Made by a program: the position numbers and the translations under genes
DNA from: Octopus sinensis
Taxonomy: Eukaryota
Length of the DNA stretch: 64,000 nt
Assembly (NCBI RefSeq): GCF_006345805.1
Contig: NC_042997.1
Coordinates: forward strand, 24,490,001 to 24,554,000
Direction of reading: 5' to 3'
The notes under the pieces: generated by a model
Databases searched by the model: none
What the model was told of the DNA's origin: nothing
The model's input: the letters and a program-made list of their open reading frames with translations, nothing else
Shown: one piece after another, positions 40,494-56,213 of the stretch
Position numbering within the stretch: the first letter of the stretch is position 1
Layout of the letters: each line of letters opens with the position of its first letter

Positions 40494-41140
40494 TAGGGAT
40501 GAAGTACAAGAAGGTAATTCATAAAATCGAAACAAAATTTTCAATCCCAGAACACGCTAGGTTTATAAAACAAAGGAAAATAATTTTCTAATGCTTGTGA
40601 CATTATCCATTATTTTAACGGTATGTGTATGTGGAGTTTAGCTTCACAAACACATAAGTTCTTGATTAGCTGAATTATTACAACTTACACCACCTGCTTC
40701 GAGTCATTTCATCTAGCTCGCGGTGTTCGGTTTTCAATGTCTCGGAGAAGAAACGATGAATATCAAACACATCATTTCTCTTCTGTAAATCTAAGCTTTG
40801 GTGCATATGTGAGAAATGGTGAATATCAAACATATAATTTCATTTCTTCGGCGAATATAAGTCTTGATGTATATAGAAGAAATGGTTTATCCTCGTTTGA
40901 TCACACATGTTGTGTTAACTATATGATATGTCTTCCTTGCTGACTCACCATATATACTACAATATACATATAACGATACATATAACATAATGAATATTAT
41001 CCTGTTTTTGTTTTCCATCTTTTTCTTTCATATCTGCAGAAAATAAGCGTTCTTGCATAGGATAACACTGGAACTGGCAGAAATTATATTTTGCTTCTTT
41101 TATTCAATTACTTTCATTTTACAGTTCTGTATTTCAAAAA

Positions 41141-41459
41141 GACTCCGCCGGTTACGACGACGAGGGTCCCAGCTGATACGATCAACGGAACAGCTTGCTC
41201 GTGAAATTAACGTGCAAATGGCTGAGCATTCCACAGACACGTGTACCCTTAACGTAGTTCTCGGGAATAATCAGCGTGACACAGAGAGTGACAAGGCTGA
41301 CCCTTTGAAATACAAGTACAACTCATTTTTGCCAGCTGAGTGGACTGGAGAAACGTGAAATAAAGTGTCTTGCTCAAGGACACAACGCGTCGCCGGGAAT
41401 CGAACTCACAACCTTACGATCATGAGCCGAATGCCCTAACCACTAAGCCACGCGCCCTC
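41141..41459 (-). mobile_element. SINE with family-A 3' half but a different head/core
   Basis: The 3' half matches family A; the 5' half reads ...ccttgagcaagacac...ccagtccactcagctggcaaaaatgagt; TSD acagttctgYattt at 41121 / 41460. Confidence 0.85.
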
Positions 41460-41500
41460 ACAGTTCTGCATTTAAGAGATGAGGAATTATCTACATTATT

Positions 41501-41656
41501 TACATTATTTACATTTGACAGATATATGTTCCCATCTTCTTTGTTGTTAAAACAACGTTTCGGCTGATATACCCTCCAGACTTCATCATGTGTCTTGGGG
41601 GAAATTTCTAACCTAGGTTCTCATTCCTAAGGTATTTTTCGATATTATTATTATTA

Positions 41657-41701
<45 letters not shown>

Positions 41702-42129
41702 CATTATTATTATTGTTGTTGTTCAGGTCACTGCTTGGAATCGAACTCGGAATCTTGCGGTTAATAGCCCGCGCTCTTAACCACTACTGGAAAATACAAA
41801 AACGAAAAGAAGCAGCACAAATGTTAGGACACAGCAACCTCTTAAACAGACCGAGTACAGATATGAGTAGCATATGGGAACCGGTAATAAGGAAGGATAG
41901 GGCATATGGCTTAGTGGTTAAGAGCGTGGGCTACTAACCCCAAGATTCCGAGTTTGATTCCTGGCAGTGACCTTAATAATGATAATAATAATAATGATAC
42001 TGAAAAATACATTAGGAATGAGAACCTAGGTTCGAAATTTCCCCAAGATGAAGGGTGAAGTGTATATCAGCCGAAAGTTGTGTTAGCAAACAAGATGAGG
42101 ACAAATATCCGTCAAATGTAAATAATGTA
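41501..42129. mobile_element. Penelope-like element 3' end with inverted pseudo-LTRs (arms 41501-41786 and 41912-42129)
   Basis: The arms are inverted copies. The spacer translates to WKIQKRKEAAQM...LNRPSTDMSSIWEPVI, resembling the C-terminus of PLE GIY-YIG proteins. Each arm has a tRNA-like head, (TAA)n and a hammerhead-like motif. Confidence 0.75.
41551..41593 (-). ncRNA. Minimal hammerhead ribozyme motif (mutated core)
   Basis: Minus strand reads acac-aTGATGA-agtctg-gagggtatat-cagcc-GAAA-cg-TT-gtt; the partner arm has cagccgaaa-g-ttgtgt at about 42068-42083. Confidence 0.55.
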
Positions 42130-42399
42130 CTTTGATGCCAAAAACCGTCACCATTATATATATATATATACGTGCTTTATAAATTCCAGGGTGTTCGATG
42201 GTTTACAAAATCGGTTAGCTCTTCAAAGACGTAGCTATATTGATGGCCCATATAATAAAGGATTATTAGATAATATGTCCCCTTAATAAATTCTATGTAA
42301 GGATAAGAAAAACTACCAGTCATTTTCGCCTCTAAACCTGCTACTCATATAAAACAATGATGAATACATCGAATCTAAACGCAGCTGCAGAATATACAT

Positions 42400-42430
<31 letters not shown>

Positions 42431-42461
42431 CATACACACATAATCATATATATATATACAT

Positions 42462-42493
<32 letters not shown>

Positions 42494-42565
42494 CATACAC
42501 ACATAATTATATATATATATATATATATAATATATATATATAATATATATACATACACACATAAT

Positions 42566-42612
<47 letters not shown>

Positions 42613-43085
42613 ACATAAACACATACATACTCGCACACACACACACGCACGCACACGCACACACACACACACACATACACACACACACAACACACACACA
42701 CACACATAATATATATATATATATATATACAGAACGAGAAATAAGGGTTACGAATAAAAGAATAAAAATGAAAGGCATATATGAAGTAAATAATTCGGTT
42801 TTAAGTAAAGTACGGTTGTTTAATTACGTGGAATGTGCGGAGTGAGATCTAGTTACTAAAATAAGGTCAATTGCTGTTTGAACTTGTCGCCGATTCTCTT
42901 GTAATATTTCATATATTCTTTAAAACATCCGCGATATTCTCAAGGGATCTTAACAACATTCAGTAAATCCTTAAGATTAGAGCTTGTCTCCTAACCTGGT
43001 TGTCATCGTCTGAGATGACTTATCTCATTTTTCCCCTCACACCCTCTGTCTTTCTGTCTCTCTCTCTCTCTCCTTTATGTAACTG

Positions 43086-43482
43086 CTAGCAGTGTCGCCC
43101 GGCGTTGCTCGGCTTTGTAAGGGAAATAACTATATAAGCATTTTTAGAGAATTATAGCCAAAAAATAGCAAAAAAATGCATTAAAAATAGAAAAAAAAAT
43201 GATGGTAAAATTTTTTTTTAATCGTTGACTCATCGTAGACCTTTTTAGGGAGTTACTTCCCGTATATAATAGCGAAAAAATGCATTAAAATGGAAAAAAA
43301 TGATGGTAATTTTTTTTTAAATCGTAGACTCATCGTAGACGCGCGCTAAAACCCAGAAGGGCTCGATATGAATCACGACTATAAGATACCCGGTTTTGGT
43401 TAAACTGCACCGCAAAATGTGGAAGTAGTTAGGAATCTAAATCGTAGGAGACAGACACACAACCTTACTTTTATATATATAA

Positions 43483-43485
<3 letters not shown>
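43086..43485 (-). mobile_element. Non-autonomous Helitron sharing its 3' end with 36872-37245
   Basis: Same ctagcagtRtcgcccggcgttgctcgg terminus, TC at the other end, and an internal ~105-bp duplication. Confidence 0.7.
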
Positions 43486-43575
<90 letters not shown>

Positions 43576-43840
43576 TGTATGTATGTATGTATAAATGTGT
43601 ATGTGTATCTATACGTGTGTGTCTGTGCGTGTGTGTGTATAAATCCTAAATTTTATTTTAGAATTTATGGGACCAATTGTTTTTTAAGACACATATTGTA
43701 CTTGAATGCTCGAAATGAGGAGTACACAGACAGCCGACAACTGCTGAAGGGTCGCTCTTTCTGTTACTTGTCCTGTTTTCCATATATTTCTCTCGTTGTT
43801 TGCGTAATCAACTCATCTGTTTTCGTATTTCATGTTGTTT

Positions 43841-46254
<2,414 letters not shown>

Positions 46255-46453
46255 CATGTACAGTTATATACCAATATCTACCCTCATTATTTTAATTTAA
46301 AATAGCAATGATCTCAAACCGGTAAATTACCTACGGAAATTTATTATCTGCAGGCATATTTCCAGCCCTAGCGCGCGAAAATGAAAGCATTTGAAAAATA
46401 CCACAAATATATTTTGTAGAACTCTATATGGGTTGCATTTTGTTTTATTGCAG

Positions 46454-46712
46454 AGGCGCTCGGTTTATTGGTTAGGGCTGCTGGAGTCATGATCTTAAGA
46501 TTGTTGTTTCGATTCTTGGACCGCGAGCGACGCTTTGTGTTCTTGAGCAAAACACATCATTTCAGGTTGCTCCAGTCCACACAGCTGGCAAAAATGAGTA
46601 ATACGGCGACGGTCCGGCGTCCCGTACAGGTAGGGAATATATACGCCATGGAAATCGAAAAAACCGGCCCTTATGAGTCGGTCTTACTCGAAAAGGAAAC
46701 TTTACCTTTACT
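46454..46712 (+). mobile_element. Old tRNA-headed SINE with a V-domain-like segment
   Basis: Degenerate A/B boxes; ttgagcaaaacac...ccagtccacacagctggcaaaaatgagt followed by gcgacggtccggcgtcccgtacagg; tttacc tail. Confidence 0.6.
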
Positions 46713-47330
46713 TTTACTATTTACTTCCTCATATTACATCGTATGTAACACAAATTGTATTTGTAACAATTCCTTAACTAAGAGAAGTTATATGCACTGA
46801 AGCAATATGCGTAGCGCTAACCAAAGTATACCTAACTGTAAGTACATCAGCAGCAGAACTTCACGAGGAAGCTGCGTTGTTCACCTGGAATAGCGTAATA
46901 TCGCCTTTTATAATACTAGTACAATAATTGTACACCTGTTGGTTGACACCAACCTCACTAACCTAAGCGACCAAAGAACTGCATTTTCCTCAAAGCATAC
47001 CATGTTAAAATCACAAATGTGTGTCTCTCCTTTATTTCAATGACATGCAATTCATAAAACAAATGATCTCCTCTTCAAGCAAAAGCAAAAACAACCCGGA
47101 TATCTGCTAACGAGGAAATTATTCACGTGAATCTTCTCTGATCATTAAGACAAAATGCGTAGCTCAAGGAAACATAAGACGCAGATGTTGGTAGACTTCA
47201 ACCTAAATTTGTTCAAACTGAAATTCTAAATTTCTCCAGGGTTCAAGTAAAATCAATCTAGAGAAAAGTATTTAAGATAAACTAGACTCAGACATTCTGT
47301 ATGAAGGACAATAATATAAAAATGAATAAT

Positions 47331-48142
47331 CTTTTCTACTCTAGGGGCAAGCTCCGATATTTTAGGGGAGTTGGGGAGCAGTTGATTAGCTCGACCCCAG
47401 TACGCAACTTGTACTTAATTTATCAGCCCCGAAAGGATGGAAAGCAAAGTCGACCTCAGCGGAATTTGAACTCAGAACGTAAAAACAGATGAAATACCGC
47501 TAAGCATTTCGCCCGGTGTGCCAATGTTACTTATTTCTTTATCGTCCACAAGGGGCTAAACATAGAGGGAACAAACAAGGACAGACAAAGAGGGTAAGTC
47601 GATTACATCCACCCCAGTGCGTAACTGGTACCTAATTTATTGTCCCCGAAAGGATCAAAGGCAAAGTCGACCTCGGCGGAATTTGAACTCTTTACTACCC
47701 ACAAGGAGCTCAACGCAGAGAGGACAAAGAAGGACAGACAAACGGATCAAGTCGATTATATCGACCCCAGTACGTAACTGGTAATTAATTTATCGACCCC
47801 GGAAGGATGAAAGTCAAAGTCGACCTCAGCGGAATTTGAACTCAGAACGTAACGGTAGACTAAATGCGGCTACGCATTTCGCCCGGCGTGCTAACGTTTC
47901 TGCCAGCTCACCGCCTTAATTAATATGGAATAAGCTTTTCTACTCTAGGCACAAGGTACGAAATTTTGGGGGAGGCGGGGTCAGTCGATTAAATCGACAA
48001 CAGTAAGCAACTGGTACTTAATTTATCGACTCCGAAAGGCAAAGTCGACCTCGGTAGAATTTGATCTCAGAACGTAAAGACAGACGAAATATTGCGAAGC
48101 ATTTCGCTCGGCGTCCTATCGTTTCTGCCTGCTCGCCGCCTT
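47331..48142 (-). mobile_element. Multimeric SINE family C array
   Basis: About 4 core units in two elements (47331-47917, 47936-48142), separated and flanked by taatatg(g)aataa-like repeats. Confidence 0.88.
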
Positions 48143-48399
48143 AGTTAATATGAATAATGCCAATGGAATGAAAATACATGGCGTTGAAAAGAATTTCAAT
48201 TCCAAAGGCAGAAACATTTTCACGAGACTAAGAAATCATTTCAAATACTTTAAATAAACGAATGAATGAGAATGAAATAATTACTTAAATTGTCACTCAT
48301 TTACTATGAAAAATCGAATTAAGCTTTCCATCAAAGGGAGAGTAACGATGGGCTTTAGAAAACATTAACCCGAACGTTTTCAAATGTATAGCAATGGAA

Positions 48400-48788
48400 G
48401 TGGAGGCGCAATTGCCCAGTAGTTAGGGCAGCGGACTCGCGGTCATAGGATCGCGGTTTCGATTCCCAGACCGGGCGTTGTGAGTGTTTATTGAGCGAAA
48501 ACACCTAAAAAAGCTACACGAGGCTCCGGCAGGGGATTGTGGTGATCCCTGCTGTACTCTTTCACCACAACTTTCTCTCACTCTTACTTCCTGTTTCTGT
48601 TGTACCTGTATTTCAAAGGGCCGGCCTTGTCACTCTCTGTGTTACGCTGAATATCCCCGAGAACTACGTTAAGGGTGCACGTGTCTGTGGAGTGCTCAGC
48701 CACTTACACGTTAATTTCACGAGCAGGCTGTTCCGTTGATTCGGATCAACCGGAACCCTCATCGTCGTAATCGACGGAGTACTTCCAC
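48400..48788 (+). mobile_element. SINE family A with 12-bp TSD atagcaatggaa (48388-48399 / 48789-48800)
   Basis: Family match and TSD. Confidence 0.92.
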
Positions 48789-49400
48789 ATAGCAATGGAA
48801 ACAGCTTCTGTGCACCACTGAAGAAGGCCGCAGTTTGAAAGAAGTGATTCCCATCTGACTCTTGCTTGTGAGTAAAGAATTCAATGAAGACTTCAATTGT
48901 ATGGTTGACAAACTGCTGGTATAAATATAAATGGTTGAGTTAGCGGAATCTTTCAATACTATAGCCTTCCTTGTAGCTCTAAAATACCTAAACATAGAAG
49001 GAATTGATGGACCACTGCCGTAGACACAATGATTAAGGGTGCACGTGTCTGTGGAGTGCTCAGCCACTTACACGTTAATTTCACGAGCAGGCTGTTCAGT
49101 TGATTCGGATCAACCGGAACCCGCATCGTCGTAATCGACGGAGTGCTTCCACATAGCAATGGAAACAGCTTCTGTGCACCACTGAAGAAGGCCACAGTTT
49201 GAAAGAAGTGATTCCCATCTGATTCTTGCATGTGAGTAAAGTATTCAATGAAGACTTCAATTGTGTGGTTGACAAACTGCTGGTATAAATATAAATGGTT
49301 GAGTCAACGGAATTTTTCAATACTATAGCCTTCCTTGTAGCTCTAAAATACCTAAACGTAGAAGAAATTGATGGACCACTGCCGTAGACACAATGATTAA
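48669..49400. repeat. Tandem duplication, 364-bp unit with TTAA at the junctions
   Basis: ttaagggtgcacg occurs at 48669 and 49033; the copies differ by multiple substitutions. Confidence 0.93.
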
Positions 49401-50190
49401 AATATTTATAGCAGCCCTGTTTCCCAGCGTTTCTCTCAAAAACTGTAAAGAGGCCTTAGTCAAGAGACATCGGTTATTCCAAAATATTTTGTTAATAGTA
49501 AAGTCACTCAAAATTTGAGTGTAGTATGCCTTATCCACAAGGGTAGAAACAGAGATGTCAAAAAAAACAAAAAACAACACGAGTCAATATAATTGATTTC
49601 ACGTATAAACAATGTCGTCGAACGAATCATCAAGAAGAAAATATATTCCTAGAGGAACATGGCACCTAACGTGGTTTTCAAGAAGCTTTGCAAAAATGCC
49701 ACGGAATAATATCTAGCTGCGAAAGCAGCTACTCGATCATGTAAAATGAAGGTATGATATACCTGAACATTACACTGGATTTCAACAAATTTAAATACAG
49801 AGTAATATGTCACAAACTAATTGGTCTTAGTATAGTTCGAAAAGAATTTGCTAAAATACAATATTTAAAATGTAGCTGTCATTGCCGTCTCTGAATAGTC
49901 AAAAATCTAAGATATGTCATAAACATATCTAAGGGGCTGCTATTGTTTGTAATAACTCTCCAATACAAAGACCTACTGGAATATCGACATTGTAACAACT
50001 GAAGGGTGGTAACGTTGTACCAGTATCAGGGTGAGATTCAGTTACAGGTGAATGGATTTGAGTGACGGTGAAATGGATTAAGTACCATACACAAGGATAC
50101 AACGTGACGCTTGAACCAAGATTTGAACACATGATCTCGAAATTAATACAATAACCTGTAGGATACGCACTTTCGCGCGCACACACACAT

Positions 50191-50270
<80 letters not shown>

Positions 50271-50931
50271 TGTATGTATGTATGTATGTACGTATGTATG
50301 TATGTATGTGTGTATGTGTGTATATATACCGGGGTGATTTGTGTTACGCGTACTTTTATATTTTAATCGGTAGAAATTTTAAAAAGTAACTCAGGGGTCG
50401 ATACCTAAATATATGCACGCATATGTATATGTACTCAGAGAAACATATGATATGTGCGTATGCGTATGTATAAATACGTGAATATATATAGTTCATACAT
50501 ATATATACATGTGAGTGTGCCTATGTGTACACACGCATAGATACATATGCAGATGTGCTGTGTATGATAGTGAAGTAGAAAGTGACACTAGAGAAAACTG
50601 CCTGTGGATATAAAGATATGCAACTCGTCTCTTATCTTGCAGAGTTAACAGAGAAGAAAATATCAAAATATACAGAAAATATCTTTTATAAAGATTTCTT
50701 ACAGAGTTTGTTCCATGAGAAATAGTTTAAAAGCGAAATGAAATAAACAAAGAGAAATAGTAAAAATGAAAGTTGTAAATTTTTTTCTGCATTTCGCATA
50801 TCAGATTTGGCTTATTACTGCTATGATGCTGTACTCCGTGGATTTGGACGTAAATTTAAGAGTTCATTTTCTTTTCATTGTTTTTTTTTCATTTATTTTG
50901 TAGCCACTGAGTTTCTTATAAAGAAACTTAC

Positions 50932-50961
50932 CTGTTGATGAGGAGGAAACCTTCAAGTATA
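50932..50961 (-). other. Candidate 30-nt microexon
   Basis: Minus strand: tcttccattgtttgcatctcttatctcag|TATACTTGAAGGTTTCCTCCTCATCAACAG|gtaagttt. Confidence 0.4.
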
Positions 50962-52079
50962 CTGAGATAAGAGATGCAAACAATGGAAGATTTGGAATTG
51001 CTAATCGTATGCGCGAAACAACTCATGCTTCGCCTCATAAATGCGAGTGAGAAATTTAACATACGAAAACCTTAAAATAGGTAACTTGAAGTCAGATCTG
51101 TTCAAAGATTATATTCTCTTGGCTCTGTTATGAGGACAGAGATTGTAAGACTAACGTTAACGTAAATCGAAAGTAAATAAATAAATGAAAGACAAAGGAC
51201 AAATGAATAAAGGTAACGAAAGTAAATGAAACTACAGGATAATATATATATATAAAAAAAAAAAGGATTTCTCTCTGACACACGATAAGTATTGCCATAA
51301 GAAATATGAGCTTTTACGGACCGGAGCTGAATGTTAATAGTGGAAAGTACGTTATATATAAACCCTGACAACAGAGCGTACAGGAATATATAGGCAAATA
51401 TAAAAGACGATAATAGCCAATGAATGTCAAGTTTAAGACAAAATAGCTGTACATTAGAAGATACTTCAACTCACGCACATGCATATATATATGTGTGTGT
51501 GTGTGTGTGTGTCTGTGTGTGTGTGTTATGAGCGTGTGTATATTATGTGTCTGAATGTATGTATGTATGTATGTATGTATGCATGTGCGTGTTTATGCGT
51601 TTGTGTATTTGTGCGTATGTGTGTATGTATATATTATGTATGTATATATATATATATATATATGCATACACACACATACGCATATATGTATATGTATATA
51701 TATTTTATGCACTCACAAAAGTACACACACACCTACACACGCATATACACACACATATAGGTACATTTTATACCAGTATATCAGTGGGTGTGAAAGTATG
51801 TTGCCTAGTGCTTTGGTTCATTTTCATAAAGGCGTGTGTTCGACTGCTGTAACCGTAAGGCACCTTGTTTCCTTAAGAAAAGTTTTTCCTTTCCCCTTTC
51901 TTCAGGAAATTTGAAAGCAATTGCGTTTACCTTTTCAGCAAGAGTCACCAGCAATTCCCACTAGAATATTGTTTCCTTTCTTCAACTATCGGCCCGTTTT
52001 TTGTATTAATATTAGCTCGTTATATGTTTTTTTAAAAGGTGATGGCTGTTCTGGTTTAGTTGTTCAGCCAGCCCAAATC

Positions 52080-52600
52080 TCATCAATCATTTTCATCTAG
52101 AGATGTTGGTTGATATTGTTGTAGGTGAGCAGAAATTTGAGTTACTCAATATAAACATTGGAGTTAAACAATGTTGCATACTTGTTCTTACGCTATTTAA
52201 AATTTGCTTCCTCTGCGAAAATAATTACACAGGATTATGATATGAAAGAAGCGTGTTAAATTCCGGCTCTGAATGAATGTGTTTCAATTTCGGAAAGCTA
52301 TCGGCCACCATCTGATCAAAACTTATCATTGAACTATATAGGTGATGACTTTGCTCAGGAACCACAAACCCTGGAGTTATTATGCATCATTAGCTCGGCA
52401 ACTGTTGCACCCTCTAAAGAAAGTGCGTAATAGTTATCTAACAGTGATTCACTGCAGTGCTCTCTACCAATCTACTTTCTCAGAACAACACATTCTTCAA
52501 ATGTGTTATCTAACCGGGCATTTCCATCTAAGCATCATCATTTACAACGAATGCAATTTAGACGAGATTTTAAACCACCTGAGATATTTATAAGGAATAA
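52080..52600 (+). pseudogene. Highly decayed RTE-like reverse transcriptase fragment
   Basis: GVKQCCILVLTLFKI (~52159) resembles GVKQGCVLAPTLF; a downstream tataggtgatgac may be a relic of YADD. Confidence 0.5.
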
Positions 52601-53309
52601 GTACAAAAAGAGTTTGAAATTTAAAGGTTAATAGTTCAACGACAGGGTCTTAAAATGATACTGAAACGGACAAAAATTTTACCCGTGATTTTAAAAATAG
52701 TGTCAAGATTTTTTTTTAAATGTCACGTTCATATTCAAATATTAGCCAACAGAAGATTTTATATCCTGAGTAGGGCAGCCTCAACCGTTTTTTGGTCCAC
52801 TAACTCGAGCTATGGATCACACTGATGAAAAAAATTATAAAGATATTTGAGAACTAGATACAAGTAGAATCGACACAAATTCCCGAACATTCGAAACCGG
52901 TGGCGATTCTCCAAACTTGCCTTAGCCATGACATCTACAAGCTTAAGAACTATGTAGACATCGCAAGTACATTTATATACTGATAACGGAACAAGTATAC
53001 GAACAGGCAACCGCAGTTAGTATACAAAGCCATATGATCCGTCATGGTTTACCTTTCTTTAGCCATCATTCAAGCTCAAATAAACTAGAAATCCTTAGAA
53101 TGATATGTAATCTCACTCTCTATAAAGGTCAGTTCATACGATATCCTTTCTGTGCTTGAAGGTTTCAAATAGTTTCTGACATGCTATATAAGTGTTAAAG
53201 GGGAGAGCATTAGCAGACTTTATAATCTCTATATAGTAAAGGCAAAAATCACCAGTCAACTTTTGCTTGTTCAGTTCATACAGATCCTATCGAGCTAACT
53301 AGACAAATG

Positions 53310-53338
53310 GATAGATAGATAGATAAATAGATAGATGA

Positions 53339-53398
<60 letters not shown>

Positions 53399-53516
53399 GT
53401 AGGTAGGTAGAAAGGTAGGTGGGTAGGTAGGTAGGTAGGTAGATAGATAGGTAGGTAGGTAGGTAGGTAGGTAGGTAGGTAGGTAGTAGGTAGGTAGGTA
53501 GGTAGGTAGAAAGGTA
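53310..53516. repeat. (GATA)n grading into (GGTA)n
   Basis: Directly visible. Confidence 0.95.
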
Positions 53517-53771
53517 GAAAGAGTGTGAGAGAGAGACAGAGAGAAACAGAGAGAATGAGTGCAAAGGAGGGAGGGATAGAGAGAGAGAGTAATATAAAGA
53601 CTGGTGGATAAGGTAGATATTGACAGATTATGAAGGAAATGGTGAAAGAGTGAGAAAGGAACAGAAAGCGTGATTAATAAAGTAAGAGTGTCGGTTGGAC
53701 CGAAGAAATAGTGCACTAGACTAGGGGAGGTAGATTGGAGAGGAAAAGGGATAACATAATGGTGATGTATT

Positions 53772-54163
53772 CTTTTTTTCTTTTTTTCTTTTACTTGTTT
53801 CAGTCATTTGACTGTGGCCATGCTGGAGCACCGCCTTTAATCGAGCAACTCGACCCCGGGACTTATTCTTTTGTAAGCCCAGTACTTATTCTATCGGTCT
53901 CTTTTGCCGAACCGCTAAGTGACGGGGACATAAACACACCAGCATCGGTTGTCAAGCAATGCTAGGAGGACAAACACAGACAAAAACACACACACACATA
54001 TATATATACATATATACGACGGGCTTCTTTCAGTTTCCGTCTACGAAATCCACTCACAAGGCTTTGGTCGGCCCGAGGCTATAGTAGAAGACACTTGCCC
54101 AAGGTGCCACGCAGTGGGACTGAACCCGGAACCATGTGGTTGGTAAACAAGCTACCTACCACA
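53772..54163 (-). mobile_element. SINE family B
   Basis: Family match. Confidence 0.9.
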
Positions 54164-55666
54164 AAGACGTGGAATTGTGAATGATGCAGAGTTCAAGCAG
54201 AAAATAAACCACATGTGGCTGGGGGCCGACTCGAATTTAAGCAAAAAAACTTGGGAAGTACATACATGTGCATGTGTGTGTTTGTGCTTGTGCGTGTGTG
54301 TGTTTGTGCTTGTGCGTGTGTGTGGGGTGTTTGCGTATTTGTAAGTGTGTGGGGGCGTATGTACTGAGAGAGAGAGAGAGGATGGAATGATGAAGAAATT
54401 GAGCGAGAATAATAATGGAGATGACGAAACTGGAGTGAAAGAGGAAGTAAATAACTTACGAATTATACAAAATGAAAATTGAAGTGAAAACTCGAGAGCT
54501 TTTCAGTTGGATTTATACTTTTTGACCTTGAATTGCAGAAAGACGAATATAACAGACAAAAAAGTCAATATTTGACCTGAAGTGAATAGAAGATACATCA
54601 CAAAAGTACATGAAGACAGGTAAGAAGAAACAAGGGAATAAAGACAAAGGTAATACAAAGAAGACAAGATGAAACACAAGCTACAATAGAGCAATGCTTG
54701 AAGTAGATAATGAATAATTACTGAAACGAAACAGAAATACAATCCAAACATTTTTACTTAATTTATAATTAATTATAATTTATCTTACGGCAGAGACTTA
54801 CAAATAGCAGAATGCCAAACAACATATATTGCAGAAATTAGAATTACGGCTCTTTTCACCTGCGTTTAACTCCTGGTAATCATTAATCTTGCATGAAATA
54901 ATTCTAAAAGTATGAAATAAGTACCAGAAATATAGCTAGAGTCAGTTTGATCACATGTACTCAGGCAAAACATGGACGCAGGTGTTAAAATATTGGTAAA
55001 GAAACTGAAATACTTATGGACTTATAGCATGTACAGTTATTTCATGTCCACTTACGGGTAGCATTATCCGTTTGTTGAAATTCCTAAAAATATCGGAGAA
55101 ATTTAAAGAAAACTTCCCATTTTTTAAATATCTTTCGTCATTGGTGGTAGGCAGCGAATAAGAGCGTTAAACAAGCTCCCCGAAACTGATGGGAATAGGG
55201 GAAGAAATTTCTTCAAACTGAAGACCTCATCCAAATGTACGCAATAGCAGGGACTCCGGTAGACAAATAATTCAGATTGCTATGTTGTGTCGTAAGCCCG
55301 AGCGATGGATTAAGTGTACCGCTCGTGTACCGCACATATTCATCACGTTGGGATATGAACTCAGAACGCAAGGGTCTAAAGCAAATAGCGCAACGCACGC
55401 ACATACACACACACACACACACACAGAGTAGTCAATTACTATGTATTGCAAAGTAATGAGAATGTAACATGTAACTAAAAATCGAAAAAATCCGAGTGGG
55501 AAACTTTCAATGCGTTGTTATAAGGAATAATTCAGTAGGTGTGAGATTAAGATAGATTTCTCTTTTTTTTTCGTATGACTTCTAAATGACTACAGCCGTT
55601 TCGTAAAACTCTTCATGCAGTATTACTTTCAGTAAGCAAAAATTATATACGAGCATCTTTGCATCA

Positions 55667-55722
<56 letters not shown>

Positions 55723-56213
55723 TAATAATAATGGGGACTGGTAACCACTAAAAGTTGTGGTTCAGAATAATTCACACGTGTACTGAGGCTGGCTAAATGA
55801 TTTTACATTTAGATATGACTGGGGTACTTATGTGTACACATGACTCTTGTTTTTGCCTTTTTTCGTGGGTGCGTGTAAGTATTTCATTTATTTCTTATAT
55901 ATGCTGAGTGTCGTACGATACAGTTGCAAAGTTGTTATGCTAGTAAAAGCAGCTAACTCATCAGACCAGTGGAACATCATGTACAAAAGAAAACGAAAGT
56001 ACATAACAAAACGTTTGCGGATGATATATCTACATTCTACAGATATCTCTGTAAAGTGAGACGAGTAATGCACTAGTAAGACTCTTTTTACGAACGGGTC
56101 CAAGATCCGATCATAATGACTCAATCAGTTGCTTTGCCACTAATGAAGAAATAGTGGCGAGTGTTCAATACCATTAATCCTCAAAAGGAGATTATGAATG
56201 TCTAGAGACATAC

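Noticed and set aside
40745-40890. Degenerate ~65-bp tandem repeat in a 68-aa ORF, considered as a zinc-finger relic
   Set aside because: The period is not 84 bp and there is no C2H2 pattern on either strand.
48815-48846. CTGAAGA...GAAA hammerhead-like string (also in the duplicate copy)
   Set aside because: Weak stem II and no NUH triplet or stem I partner after GAAA.
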